In this document: one piece after another, positions 1 to 9,638 of the stretch | How the letters are laid out: each line of letters opens with the position of its first letter | Numbering within the stretch: the stretch's first letter is position 1 | The notes under the pieces: model-generated | Told to the model about the DNA's origin: nothing | The model's database searches: none | What the model saw: the letters and a program-made list of their open reading frames with translations, nothing else | Made by a program: the position numbers and the translations under genes | IMG/VR virus record: IMGVR_UViG_3300037400_005024 | Location: 94,254 to 158,253 of that record | From: a virus | Lineage: Duplodnaviria > Caudoviricetes | Reading direction: 5' to 3' (one strand) | DNA length: 64,000 bases

Positions 1-160
1 TTCCATCAGTCACGGCAGAATCAACTTGAGAGATATAAATTGATCCAGTGTTAGGGTCAGGAGTTAAATTGTTTACAGACTTGACATATTTTGTACCATC
101 AAAAACCGCTGTACCATCTGCTGTTGGAAAAGCAAGTTGCTTAATTTCTTTTGTTGCCAT
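1..160 (-). CDS. partial (5' part) late protein, probable tail-fibre-associated
   Basis: ATG at 160 reads MATKEIKQLAFPTADGTAVFDG... open to the window edge; TATAAATA on - at 183-190; N-terminus resembles ORF 1554 (MATKNIK). Confidence 0.55.
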   Translation of the reverse strand, partial: MATKEIKQLAFPTADGTAVFDGTKYVKSVNNLTPDPNTGSIYISQVDSAVTDG

Positions 161-253
161 AAATCTAAAAAAATTTTTAATATATTTATATGGTGAATGA
201 GTACAAAATTAAAGCGTATTCTTAAAAATACGCTTATTTGTGAAAATTAAAAA

Positions 254-553
254 TTATTTTTTCATTTTACCAATAAGTGACTCAATTTTGAGAATGAGGA
301 ATTGGCCATCATCAAACTTAAAATCAAGACCATCAGTTGATGGAAACACTACAGTATCACCTTTTCGATATTCTGTACTTTCACCTATTGAAATAATAGT
401 ACCTGTTACTGGTCTTGAATCCATCATAGTTTTTGATAAACCAATAACAATACCTAATTTTGTTTCTTCAATTGGATCGGGAATTACTGGTTTAACTAAA
501 CAGTACTTTTTGCCTGCAACGAATTTTTCTGAATTACCACTCATAATATGCAT
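254..553 (-). CDS. GroES/Cpn10-like co-chaperonin (gp31 analogue)
   Basis: LVKP..EETKLGIVI..GTIISIG..GDTVVF..G..FLILK..LIG pattern of Cpn10. Confidence 0.8.
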   Translation of the reverse strand: MHIMSGNSEKFVAGKKYCLVKPVIPDPIEETKLGIVIGLSKTMMDSRPVTGTIISIGESTEYRKGDTVVFPSTDGLDFKFDDGQFLILKIESLIGKMKK

Positions 554-577
554 TTTACGTATCCTCTAAATTATAAA

Positions 578-820
578 TTATTCTGGCTTTACTTTTCTAG
601 GTCTACCACGACGTTTTACTGCCTTCTTTTCGGTGTTAACAGAATCTGCAGTCTTCTTAACTGTCTTTGTTAATTTTAAAGCATTAACTTCAACGTTTTG
701 AGAAGTTTGAACTTCTTCAGACTTCTGTTCAGAAGTTTCATGAACTTCAACATGAACTGGTTTACGTACCTTAGAGATAAGTGACTTTATAAAATCAACA
801 ATTATATTTAAAATTTTCAT
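578..820 (-). CDS. small basic late protein with C-terminal AT-hook
   Basis: KRRGRPRK motif; TATAAATA on - at 879-886. Confidence 0.6.
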   Translation of the reverse strand: MKILNIIVDFIKSLISKVRKPVHVEVHETSEQKSEEVQTSQNVEVNALKLTKTVKKTADSVNTEKKAVKRRGRPRKVKPE

Positions 821-891
821 TAAACACTCTCGGTTGTTAAAACATTGTTCATTTTAGAACAATAGAAATTTTCAAATATATTTATACAAAA

Positions 892-948
892 CTAACAGAT
901 AAAAATATGAACCTTTAGGTTTATATACAGCCGTTGATTTTATATAAA
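892..948 (+). mobile_element. IS200/IS605-like left end, copy 1
   Basis: AACAGATAAAAATATGAACCTTTAGGTTTATATACAGCCGTT: inner hairpin plus outer stem; close copy at 37006-37066. Confidence 0.6.
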
Positions 949-978
949 GTCATATAAAAATATGACTTTTAAAAACTT

Positions 979-1401
979 TTAAATTTTCTTTTTAATCTTC
1001 TTTAAAATCTTTTCTTTATTTAAAGGCTTTTCATAAATTTTAACATCTTTTAAATCATAAAAATTGTGTAATGTGTCTTCTATAACAAAGTATAAGTTTA
1101 AAACACCTCCAGAATGAACTGCTAAAAAACCACCAGTTTCTGATAATTGATGTTTAACAGCGTGTTCTAAACAGCGCTGAGCAGTATTTTTAAGTTCTTG
1201 AATATCTGGAATGTACTCTTTAAAATCAGAAGTCCAGTACTTCCAATTTAGTGCTTTCATTGCTTTCTCAACACGCCCAAAGTCAAATTCTTCTAAAATA
1301 TTTTTAATCTGTTGTGTATAATTAAAGTTTCCTTCTAAAACAAGAAGTTTTGAAGACTCATTAGAATGGTCGTACTTAATATCAAATTTAATTTCTTTCA
1401 T
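979..1401 (-). CDS. hypothetical phage protein
   Basis: 140-aa ORF with SD (GAGG) and its own upstream promoter. Confidence 0.7.
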   Translation of the reverse strand: MKEIKFDIKYDHSNESSKLLVLEGNFNYTQQIKNILEEFDFGRVEKAMKALNWKYWTSDFKEYIPDIQELKNTAQRCLEHAVKHQLSETGGFLAVHSGGVLNLYFVIEDTLHNFYDLKDVKIYEKPLNKEKILKKIKKKI

Positions 1402-1483
1402 AGTTTTATTCCTCTTTTAAATATTATAACAACTTTTCTTTAATTGTTCTATATGTCCAAAAATTACATTTTTGAAATGTTTA

Positions 1484-1516
1484 GAAGCTATTGGCTTAAA
1501 GGTCAATAGTAGTTCA
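1484..1516 (+). mobile_element. IS200/IS605-like right end (orphan copy)
   Basis: GAAGCTATTGGCTTAAAGGTCAATAGTAGTTCA, aligns ungapped with the 33 nt following tnpB (30389-30421). Confidence 0.7.
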
Positions 1517-1524
1517 TATAAATA
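1517..1524 (+). promoter_or_regulatory. T4-type late promoter TATAAATA (representative of about 16 sites)
   Basis: Same octamer on + at 28987, 31232, 50521, 60162, 63129 and on - at 183, 879, 16325, 17976, 20800, 38006, 41171, 48212, 50489, 54511, 60130, mostly upstream of structural genes. Confidence 0.85.
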
Positions 1525-1553
1525 ATTAAAATCTTCAAGAAAATTTTAATATT

Positions 1554-1835
1554 GTGGCCACTAAAAATATAAAGAAAATTCTTTTAAATAAAGACGGGAA
1601 TAATTTTGTTGCTGATATCGAAGATATAGAAAACAGAATTACTCAAAATAATTCTAATTTAGAAACAGCTAAACAAGAACTGTCTAATAAATGTAATGAA
1701 GCTTTAAGTGCAGCTAACAATGCTAATAATAATGCTAATAGTAGAGTACATTTAACTTCGGCACAAACAATAACAGCACAGCATAATTTTAGTAATGGTG
1801 TTAATATATCAGGATATTTAGTAACAATAGGATAA
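1554..1835 (+). CDS. short tail-fibre-like protein
   Basis: GTG start; coiled-coil then AQTITAQHNFSNG fibre-type motif; late promoter. Confidence 0.55.
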   Translation: MATKNIKKILLNKDGNNFVADIEDIENRITQNNSNLETAKQELSNKCNEALSAANNANNNANSRVHLTSAQTITAQHNFSNGVNISGYLVTIG

Positions 1836-1839
1836 GATA

Positions 1840-2559
1840 ATGGCAACCATTAAAATTCCCTATGGTGGTACAACTTATCCACTGTTCATGAACGGTAATA
1901 AGATTACCACACCTAGTATTGCAGTAGGAGGACAGGGTTATATACCTTTATGTGAAGGAGGTAATATAGGTGACCCCGTGTTACTTTGGGGACAGCATGT
2001 CTTAAAGAAAGCTCCTATGAAAGTAGCAGGTAATGGTACTTGGTATAGACCTACTTGGTTACATGGTACATTAGGTAGTGCTACCTGTGATGTTTATTAT
2101 AAGGCTTCTTATACTCTGCATGAAGGTACTCAAGTTGTTACAGTATGTACTGCATATAATCAGTATGGTCAGTGTATTTCTTGGGGTAACCAAACCCAGT
2201 ATAGATACTATTGGGATACTAATAGTAATATTCACATTAATAACTTCGCTATTGCTAATGGTGATATGCGTATAGTAATGAGTAACTTTACTTGTAATGG
2301 TCATAATGTATTAAATACATGGGCTGGTTGGTATAGTACTAATAGTGGCTGGGGTGGTTGGACAACAAATCGATGGTCTAATTATCCGGGTAAGGCAGGA
2401 TATACTTTAAATACATCAGCTTCCGGTTCTTATTCATTACAGATTAATATTAATGGTACATGGGTTACTATTAAAACAGGAACAGCTTCATGTAGCTTTA
2501 GTGTTCCTATTAATAATGAGAACCAACAGATGGTAAGAGTGGCTTTGAATTTATCATGA
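1840..2559 (+). CDS. putative receptor-binding / tail-fibre tip protein
   Basis: G/W/Y/N/T-rich beta-type composition; in late operon with a DUF4376-like chaperone. Confidence 0.5.
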   Translation: MATIKIPYGGTTYPLFMNGNKITTPSIAVGGQGYIPLCEGGNIGDPVLLWGQHVLKKAPMKVAGNGTWYRPTWLHGTLGSATCDVYYKASYTLHEGTQVVTVCTAYNQYGQCISWGNQTQYRYYWDTNSNIHINNFAIANGDMRIVMSNFTCNGHNVLNTWAGWYSTNSGWGGWTTNRWSNYPGKAGYTLNTSASGSYSLQININGTWVTIKTGTASCSFSVPINNENQQMVRVALNLS

Positions 2560-4046
2560 TGAAAGTATACATTAATATTACAGAAGCAGCTTCAGAAGAT
2601 ACTTTAAAAGCCTTTAAAGCTGCTTTCTTTTATTTAAATAAAAAGCATCAGTATTCTTTTACTAAAGAAGAAAATACTGATATTACTATTAACTTAACTA
2701 CACAATTCTTTCCTTTAAAGAGTTTAGATAATTATCTAGATTCTTATAAAGATAAAGAACTGACTTTAACAGAAGATTCTCCTTTAGTCTTTAAGGGATC
2801 TGTATACATAGAGAAACCTCAAGATAAGCATTTTATTTGGTTCCCTAAACCTATAGATAATTTATTAGATATAGTAGAGATCAATAAAGATAATGCTAGT
2901 TATTTATCTAACTTAGCTTATGTCTATATGTTTGGTTCCATAGCAAATAGTAACCAAAAATACTTAAATAAGTGTGAAGGAATATTAAAGCTTATTTATC
3001 CAAATATCTTTTCTAACTATAAGTTATCCCTTTCAGGTATAGAATTAGTTACAGCTAAAGCATATGGAATACAGCTTATATATGATAAGTTAGGTGTACT
3101 AGCTAAGCCATCTAATAGAAGCCTAATCAATAAGAATATCTGCTTTGCGTGCGTTACTTCAATAGAATACACAGAACCCACTTATGTATTCTTACATAGT
3201 ATGTTTGCTTTTAATGATATTAAGATCTTTAAAGTTTACTATGTTAATGGAACCGAGAAAGCAGTAAAAGAGTTGCAAGAAAGATACAGTAAGATCTCTC
3301 CTAATATAGAGGTAATTCAGTACTCTTATCATACTAAAGCTAAAACAAAGTTACATTTTAATAGAGATTATGTAGATAGTAAGATGAGCATCTTAGATGA
3401 GCTTACTCCTAATTATGATCTAACAGTTATGTGTGACTGTGATATGCTATGCCAAGGTAACCTCAAGAGTACTCTATTAACAGCTAGTATTTCACAAGGT
3501 AATATCTTTGGTAGCAGGGATATCTTAGCAATACACGGAGCTACCTTAATTAATTGTTTTAAGTATATTAATGGTGGCTTTATTATTTATAAGAAAGGTA
3601 ATTATCATTTTAAAGATCTGTACTATAAATGGAAGATTACACCTCATAAGGGTGATGTAGGATTCTATAACGAACAGGACTTTATTAACTATACTTTCTA
3701 TAAACAGATTACATACCTCTTAGATATAAATAACTTTACTGCTCATCATAGATCTGTAACCAGTAAAGCTTCTCCTATTATCTATCACTATTGTGGTCCT
3801 ACTAAACCATACCAAAATGTAAGGAATGAGCACTGCAATACTGTTCATAAAGTAATTCAAGGATACATTACTGCAAGTATACCTGAGACTATGTTTTTTA
3901 CTTTGTATTATAATTATGTAGATACAATTAAAGAAAACTTAGACCCTATATTTTTAAAAATTATTGATTATTTAAAACACAGTAGTGAATTAAATAGATA
4001 TAATAATTTAGTTCTTAAATATAACTTAATTAAACTAGGAATTTAA
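2556..4046 (+). CDS. glycosyltransferase family 8 (C-terminal GT-A domain) with N-terminal extension
   Basis: DCD (DxD), YINGGFIIY, EQDFIN, IYHYCGPTKP motifs. Confidence 0.85.
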   Translation: MMKVYINITEAASEDTLKAFKAAFFYLNKKHQYSFTKEENTDITINLTTQFFPLKSLDNYLDSYKDKELTLTEDSPLVFKGSVYIEKPQDKHFIWFPKPIDNLLDIVEINKDNASYLSNLAYVYMFGSIANSNQKYLNKCEGILKLIYPNIFSNYKLSLSGIELVTAKAYGIQLIYDKLGVLAKPSNRSLINKNICFACVTSIEYTEPTYVFLHSMFAFNDIKIFKVYYVNGTEKAVKELQERYSKISPNIEVIQYSYHTKAKTKLHFNRDYVDSKMSILDELTPNYDLTVMCDCDMLCQGNLKSTLLTASISQGNIFGSRDILAIHGATLINCFKYINGGFIIYKKGNYHFKDLYYKWKITPHKGDVGFYNEQDFINYTFYKQITYLLDINNFTAHHRSVTSKASPIIYHYCGPTKPYQNVRNEHCNTVHKVIQGYITASIPETMFFTLYYNYVDTIKENLDPIFLKIIDYLKHSSELNRYNNLVLKYNLIKLGI

Positions 4047-4047
4047 T

Positions 4048-5019
4048 ATGGATATGAATATTTCATACTTATCTGCTAAATGGTGTTCTAACGAAAAACA
4101 AGCCATCCTCTTTGAAGGTTTGATTGTTGAAGGCGAGGACTTTGGCAACTTTATTGCAGATACTACTACTGATATTGGTAAAGCTTTATTACAATATGTT
4201 AAAGCTCATGGTTGTAGTATTACTGAAGTACAACAAGTAGATATTGCTCCAAGTATCAATATCTCTCAGAACCAAGCAATTAAGAATATTACTTCTTGGT
4301 TCTATAACTATGTAGATACTCAAGCACAGACCAAAACATATGCTAATGCAGATAACTGTATTTCTTATTTATTCTCTACTAATGAGACATATAAAAAAGA
4401 AGCCAATGTGTTTTTAAAGTGGCGTGATAACGCTACAGCTATTCTTAATCAATTTATTGAAGACTTTAAGCTTGGTAAGATTTCTATTTTAGATTTTAAT
4501 ACCGAAAATTTATTAAAGAAACTTCCTCCATTTAATTGGGTAGCTAGTGATAGTTTATATGCTGATTTAGAGTCTTTCCTGCAGGATACAGCAGTACAAG
4601 AAGATACTTTCTTAGATAAGAAAGCTGCTAAATACAATGATATTAAAAAAGAATATTTACGTCTTAAAGGGTTAAATTGTACTGATACTTATTTTAATTC
4701 TAGTGTGCAGAATCTATATATTAATGGTGATCTGCAGGCTAAAGTAAATATTGAGGCTCTTCTAGCTACAGCAGATAACACTGAGAAGATTCATTTTAGA
4801 GCCTATAGTAATTTCTGGGTAGATCTAACTAAGAGTGAGCTACAGACTATTTATAAAGAGTTACTACAGAATCAGATATACCTAACTAATCAATATTGGG
4901 AAAAGTCTCAGCGAGTTATGGAAAGTGAATCCGAAGGTGAACTAGCCAAGATAGATACATCTTTTGAGATGGCATATTTCGGATCAAGGGCTAAAGAAAG
5001 CGATTTAAGATCGGAGTAG
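4048..5019 (+). CDS. tail-fibre assembly chaperone-like protein (C-terminal DUF4376-like)
   Basis: C-terminal NGD..NI..L..FRAYSN..L..I..E..QN..L..QYW aligns with ORF 63157-63624. Confidence 0.6.
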   Translation: MDMNISYLSAKWCSNEKQAILFEGLIVEGEDFGNFIADTTTDIGKALLQYVKAHGCSITEVQQVDIAPSINISQNQAIKNITSWFYNYVDTQAQTKTYANADNCISYLFSTNETYKKEANVFLKWRDNATAILNQFIEDFKLGKISILDFNTENLLKKLPPFNWVASDSLYADLESFLQDTAVQEDTFLDKKAAKYNDIKKEYLRLKGLNCTDTYFNSSVQNLYINGDLQAKVNIEALLATADNTEKIHFRAYSNFWVDLTKSELQTIYKELLQNQIYLTNQYWEKSQRVMESESEGELAKIDTSFEMAYFGSRAKESDLRSE

Positions 5020-5022
5020 TAA

Positions 5023-5865
5023 ATGTCTTGTGAAGTAAAACAATTAGTATTAAGTCCTGTCTTAACTACAAGATGTAATTTAAGATGTAACTATTGTGGT
5101 TATGGCTGTTCTTCTAAGAATAGTAACTTTGATGCAGACCCAGAGAAAGTAGTTAAAGGATTTGCTCATTTACATTCTCTTAGGGAAAAATATAAGGGAG
5201 ACTATAAGGTAGTATTAGGCTTACTGGGAGGTGAGCCTTTACTATATCCTCATCTTATAGAAATAATGACTTATGTACATGACCATTTACCACTATTTAA
5301 TAGAGATATAGTTACTAATGGTCTTATGGCTCCTAAGATGTCTAATAAGCTTATAGACGCTATTCTAGCTAATGATTATCAGTTAGATATTAGTAGATAT
5401 AATTTACCTAATTATGACTATGATAAGTTAACTAGATACCTAACTTCATTAGGAATTAAATGGAGCTATAATCATTCTCCTATGCAGGAGTTAGATGTAA
5501 AACAAATACCTGGAGTTCATTCATGGTTCCACCATCATTACTATATATTAAATGGTCAGGTTCGTCCTGAAGGTTGGACTGCTGCCGACTGCAGAGTTTT
5601 TCTTAAAGGTATGACTTGTGTGCCTTTATGGGAAGATAAGTTATATACTTGTAGTAATGTATTTGAAGTACAGAATATGCAATGGTCAGATAAAACTCAT
5701 ATGGATATACCTATTGTAAAAGGTAGTGAGTTGTTTAATATATCTGACTTTAAATCTATAGAAGATATACTAGCTGTATTAAATACTAAGTATGCTTTCT
5801 GCGACCATTGTGTTGAGGGAGATTTAGTTCCATGGTCAACTAATATTAAAGTTAAGAGTATCTAA
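5023..5865 (+). CDS. radical SAM protein with C-terminal Cys cluster (SPASM/twitch-like)
   Basis: CNLRCNYC, LGGEPLL, VTNG, C-terminal Cys residues ending FCDHC. Confidence 0.9.
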   Translation: MSCEVKQLVLSPVLTTRCNLRCNYCGYGCSSKNSNFDADPEKVVKGFAHLHSLREKYKGDYKVVLGLLGGEPLLYPHLIEIMTYVHDHLPLFNRDIVTNGLMAPKMSNKLIDAILANDYQLDISRYNLPNYDYDKLTRYLTSLGIKWSYNHSPMQELDVKQIPGVHSWFHHHYYILNGQVRPEGWTAADCRVFLKGMTCVPLWEDKLYTCSNVFEVQNMQWSDKTHMDIPIVKGSELFNISDFKSIEDILAVLNTKYAFCDHCVEGDLVPWSTNIKVKSI

Positions 5866-6845
5866 TGAAAGTATTATATTCAAGTATTGCTGTAGGTAAG
5901 ATGTATGGGTGGTTTGCTTATAATTGCCTATCATCTTTTAAAGAGTTAAATACTGAACCAGTAGACTGGGAAATACAGACTGATTCTAATGAATCTATAG
6001 AATATTTTAAAAAACTACTATCTCCTTTAGAAGATAAGAATCTTCATTTTATATATTCTTTAATGCCTCAGGCTTATAAAGAAGTGGATGTTAATAAATA
6101 CGTTACTTTAGGTTGGGCTTCCTATAAATCTGCTTGTTTTTTTATAGATAGAATTAAACATATAGAAGATTTAAAGAATCAAGGTAAATATAACATATTA
6201 GTTACAGTGGATTTTGATTCAATATTTAGAAGAGACCCTTCAGAATTAGTTAAGGCTTTTATAGAGAGTAATAAAACTTATGGAGGAGCCAGAGAACCAT
6301 ATGATATTGTTACTAGCTATAAAATGTTTAATAATGGTCAATATTTAAAAACAGATAAAACTTTTAAGTATGAGTCTTATTTTAATTTAGGTATGGGTTT
6401 TTTAAACTTAAGAAAATTACCTGATAATATTTGGAATACTTTTAAAGAAATGTCTAAAGATTGTGAGGAATTATTTAATGTACAAGACCAATCATTTTTT
6501 TGCTATTTAATACCTGAAGAAGAAAAATGCATTTTAGATGACGCCCAATTAGTAGTACATTTACTATGGAAAAAAGAATATAGAATTAAGCGTAACCCTT
6601 ATTTAATACATTTTTCCCCTGATGTTCATCTAATGTTTGAAAGATTTAATATTAATAACATTAATCCGCGGCATATACTTAAAATAAAGTATTACTATTT
6701 ATTTGCTAAGTATGCTCTACAAAATAAGCACTTATTACCAGATAAAGTAATTGATAATATTAAATATAATTTATGTTTTATTAAATTTATATACAAAAAT
6801 AAAGCATATGCTATAAAGATTCTAGAAGACCTCTATAAGATATAA
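5865..6845 (+). CDS. glycosyltransferase family 8-like
   Basis: VDFD, YFNLGMGFLNL, QDQSFF, LIHF motifs. Confidence 0.8.
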   Translation: MKVLYSSIAVGKMYGWFAYNCLSSFKELNTEPVDWEIQTDSNESIEYFKKLLSPLEDKNLHFIYSLMPQAYKEVDVNKYVTLGWASYKSACFFIDRIKHIEDLKNQGKYNILVTVDFDSIFRRDPSELVKAFIESNKTYGGAREPYDIVTSYKMFNNGQYLKTDKTFKYESYFNLGMGFLNLRKLPDNIWNTFKEMSKDCEELFNVQDQSFFCYLIPEEEKCILDDAQLVVHLLWKKEYRIKRNPYLIHFSPDVHLMFERFNINNINPRHILKIKYYYLFAKYALQNKHLLPDKVIDNIKYNLCFIKFIYKNKAYAIKILEDLYKI

Positions 6846-6971
6846 TCTTCCTTTCTAATACGCTTAATTGTATGTGGTATCCATTTATATTGTTTGGTTA
6901 CATCTATTAGTTAAGATGACATCCAGTTTAAGTTTGCCTTGTTTATAGTATTCTAAATTGAATTTATCCAT
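6833..6971 (-). pseudogene. internally deleted radical SAM gene remnant
   Basis: ATG 6971 gives MDKFNLEYYKQGKLKLDVILTNRCNQ (start of CxxxCxxC), abutting an out-of-frame C-terminal-like QYKWIPHTIKRIRKEDYIL*. Confidence 0.5.
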
Positions 6972-7654
6972 TGAATTTCCCTTAATATAATATCTTTATC
7001 TAATAGAGGAACACCAAAACCTTTAAAGTTATAACATACATCACTCTGATAGTTATCCTTAACATTCCATAGAGCTTTAATCTCTGATGTCTTAATAGGT
7101 ACTGAAGCCAACATAGCTTTATGAATACCATTATCAATACAATGCTGTATATCCTGCTCTAAATGACTGACAGGATAAAGCTGATAGGTACCACCATTAT
7201 AGAAATTAAAGTTACCATGTATAAAATCATATACCATTCCTTTTCTAGCTTTAGAACCAAAGGTCATACCTAAATACATAATATATAAATCAGTATTTAG
7301 TTTCTCACATACCTTTTCCATTAAGGTATTAAAGTACAATCTATTCTGACCATAGTCGGTAGTAGGATTAAGAGTATCATTAGAAGAAATAATTACCATT
7401 GTCTTAATACTCTTAAAGTATTTAATAATATTTCTAGCTAATGATAAACAATTATCTAGATCTGTAAGAGGGTCTTTATTAGCTAAGTATTTAACTCCAG
7501 AAGGTGCAGCTATAACTAATTTTTCTACATCTATTGGTTCTAAAATACTATTCCAATTCTTACTATTTAGTTTTAAATTAAATTGGTCTTGGTTCAGAGA
7601 AGAACCTATGAAACCTGTATAACCAATCAATACATTCATTCTAAATTTCCTCAA
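6953..7654 (-). CDS. NAD-dependent epimerase/dehydratase-like (short SDR)
   Basis: LIGYTGFIG Rossmann motif; YGQNR; likely start at MNVLIG. Confidence 0.75.
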   Translation of the reverse strand: MRKFRMNVLIGYTGFIGSSLNQDQFNLKLNSKNWNSILEPIDVEKLVIAAPSGVKYLANKDPLTDLDNCLSLARNIIKYFKSIKTMVIISSNDTLNPTTDYGQNRLYFNTLMEKVCEKLNTDLYIMYLGMTFGSKARKGMVYDFIHGNFNFYNGGTYQLYPVSHLEQDIQHCIDNGIHKAMLASVPIKTSEIKALWNVKDNYQSDVCYNFKGFGVPLLDKDIILREIQWINSI

Positions 7655-8603
7655 TTTGGTTTAAAATGTCAAATATATTAGTTAGTTTACCTGAAAATAC
7701 AGACCAAATATTGTTATACTTAGTTATGCTAGCTTCTCTAGAATTAGTTAAAACGTATTTTTCTACGGTATCTATCTGGATAAGTTCAGCTTCTAATTCT
7801 GGAATATAAACTTTCATTAAGTCTAAACTTTTATTCCAAACGTTTTCTGTTTCAAGATTAAATTTATTAGTCAACAACTTATAATCTTTTAAAGAGATAG
7901 AACTCCAGAAATCACCATCTACTACAGCATGACAGTCTTTAGGAAGATTATCTCTGAACTTAATTACAGGAATCTTGTAATTATTGAAACTAGGAACTTG
8001 ATATCCTAGGTCTTTTAAGAATTTGAAGTTATTTCCATACGATGCAAGAATAAGTTTATCTACTGTAATAGGATTATTAAAAGTTAAATCAATTTTAATT
8101 TCAGAACCATTTTCTGTTATTCTTGAAACATAATCTTTAATAAAAGTAATATTGGAGTGATTTTTACATTGCAAAATTAAATTAGAAAGTAACTCAGAAG
8201 TGTTGATGCTGAATTCATTAGTCTTCAGAATACCTTGAACTGAGTTAGAGTTTATATAATCTAACTTTACTTCTTTTGTTTTTAAACCATTATCTTTGCA
8301 AATTTTCTTATAAGAATCAAAGTCTACTTTAGAGTTTTTATCTATCAGATAATAAGAATTAAATTCTGAATAAATATAAGGTTTAAAAATCTTAAAGAAT
8401 TTAGTGAAATTTCTAGTGCATGATAAAAGGTCTTTAATAGATCTTACATAGAACATTCCACTATGTAGTCTAGCTTGACAATGCAACGTTGCTGAACTTT
8501 TATCTTCTGGATCTATCAATGTTACTTTATGGCCTTTATTAGCTAATTTTAAAGCTATATATGATCCATAAAATCCAGCTCCTACAACAACGATATTTGA
8601 CAT
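7641..8603 (-). CDS. FAD-dependent oxidoreductase
   Basis: VVVGAGFYG, QARLHSG, C-terminal SGK. Confidence 0.85.
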   Translation of the reverse strand: MSNIVVVGAGFYGSYIALKLANKGHKVTLIDPEDKSSATLHCQARLHSGMFYVRSIKDLLSCTRNFTKFFKIFKPYIYSEFNSYYLIDKNSKVDFDSYKKICKDNGLKTKEVKLDYINSNSVQGILKTNEFSINTSELLSNLILQCKNHSNITFIKDYVSRITENGSEIKIDLTFNNPITVDKLILASYGNNFKFLKDLGYQVPSFNNYKIPVIKFRDNLPKDCHAVVDGDFWSSISLKDYKLLTNKFNLETENVWNKSLDLMKVYIPELEAELIQIDTVEKYVLTNSREASITKYNNIWSVFSGKLTNIFDILNQIEEI

Positions 8604-9223
8604 TAAATCTCCAAAGTAAATCTAGTTAAATTTTCAAGCTCTTTATAATATTTTAAGTACAATTCAAATGAAATATGACAATTCTTAACTCTGTCGATAT
8701 ATTTACAGAAATCATCATGATTTATTTCAGTGTTTTTTAAACAAAGATGTAAATCTTTTTCACCGTACTGTTCCTGCAATTTTACAACTTCTTCGAGTGT
8801 TCCTGGAAATGTACCTTTTAATGGCTCTAATAAAAGATGTCTGTTGTACTTTTTAGCTAATTCAAAAAACTTTGAATAATCTATTTTATTCTTAATTCTT
8901 ACCTGGTAACCGCCAAACATTAAGTATTTTATATTAAGATCTTTTGCTAAAATACAAGAGTCTTCAAATTGTTGATAAATATCTCCTTCAGGATCTCTAA
9001 TTAGAGAACCAAGAGTATAACATGGATAATCTTTAATGAGCTTACTCATTATTTCTCTATCGTTTATTCCTTCGATAAAATCAAACTTTGTCAAAGAACT
9101 TAGTTCTTTAAGTTTATAAATTACATCATCATAACTCTTAGGTTGTAACGACGCAATACAAATACCTAGTTCATGATTATGATGAACTGCATGAACTGTA
9201 TTAAACGAATTCAATTTCAACAT
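8603..9223 (-). CDS. sugar-phosphate isomerase/epimerase-like TIM barrel (xylose isomerase/AP2 family)
   Basis: A..L.IKYLMFG, LLLEP, HIS motifs; typical partner of the two neighbouring genes. Confidence 0.55.
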   Translation of the reverse strand: MLKLNSFNTVHAVHHNHELGICIASLQPKSYDDVIYKLKELSSLTKFDFIEGINDREIMSKLIKDYPCYTLGSLIRDPEGDIYQQFEDSCILAKDLNIKYLMFGGYQVRIKNKIDYSKFFELAKKYNRHLLLEPLKGTFPGTLEEVVKLQEQYGEKDLHLCLKNTEINHDDFCKYIDRVKNCHISFELYLKYYKELENLTRFTLEI

Positions 9224-9638
9224 TTGCTTCTTTTAGCATCTCCAAACTTAATTTTGAACTTTCTTTCCAATTATCAGTTGCCTTTGAATCAGTTATAACC
9301 TTTTTAATTCCAGCCTGAATAATTGACTTTGTACATTCTGAACAAGGAGGTAATCCGTGAACAAATAAAATACAATCTTTTACTGATCTTCCATTATATA
9401 ACGCATTCATAATGCAATTCATCTCGGCGTGTAAAATGAATTTATATTTCAATTCACGGTTATTTAATCTTTCTTCAGTATCTTCAATACCTCTTGGAAA
9501 TCCATTATAACCTGTTGAAATGATATTTCTATCTTCACTTATAATTAAAGCACCAACTTTAGTTGATGGGTCCTTTGACCATTCTGCAATTTCCTTAGAT
9601 AACTTTAAAAATCTTTTCTTCCACTTTGTATCAAGCAT
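9201..9638 (-). CDS. cd: dCMP deaminase
   Basis: SKDPSTKVGA, TGYNG, HAEMN, PPCSEC. Confidence 0.95.
   Translation of the reverse strand: MLDTKWKKRFLKLSKEIAEWSKDPSTKVGALIISEDRNIISTGYNGFPRGIEDTEERLNNRELKYKFILHAEMNCIMNALYNGRSVKDCILFVHGLPPCSECTKSIIQAGIKKVITDSKATDNWKESSKLSLEMLKEANVEIEFV

Noticed and set aside
240-569. Antisense ORFs in the track (e.g. 240-569, 18127-19073, 21954-22277, 43341-43595, 57064-57465)
   Set aside because: They are shadows of well-supported genes on the opposite strand
1517-1536. Sequence after the orphan right end as a guide targeting late promoters
   Set aside because: No omegaRNA scaffold upstream; the match to 50482-50496 is explained by shared promoter consensus
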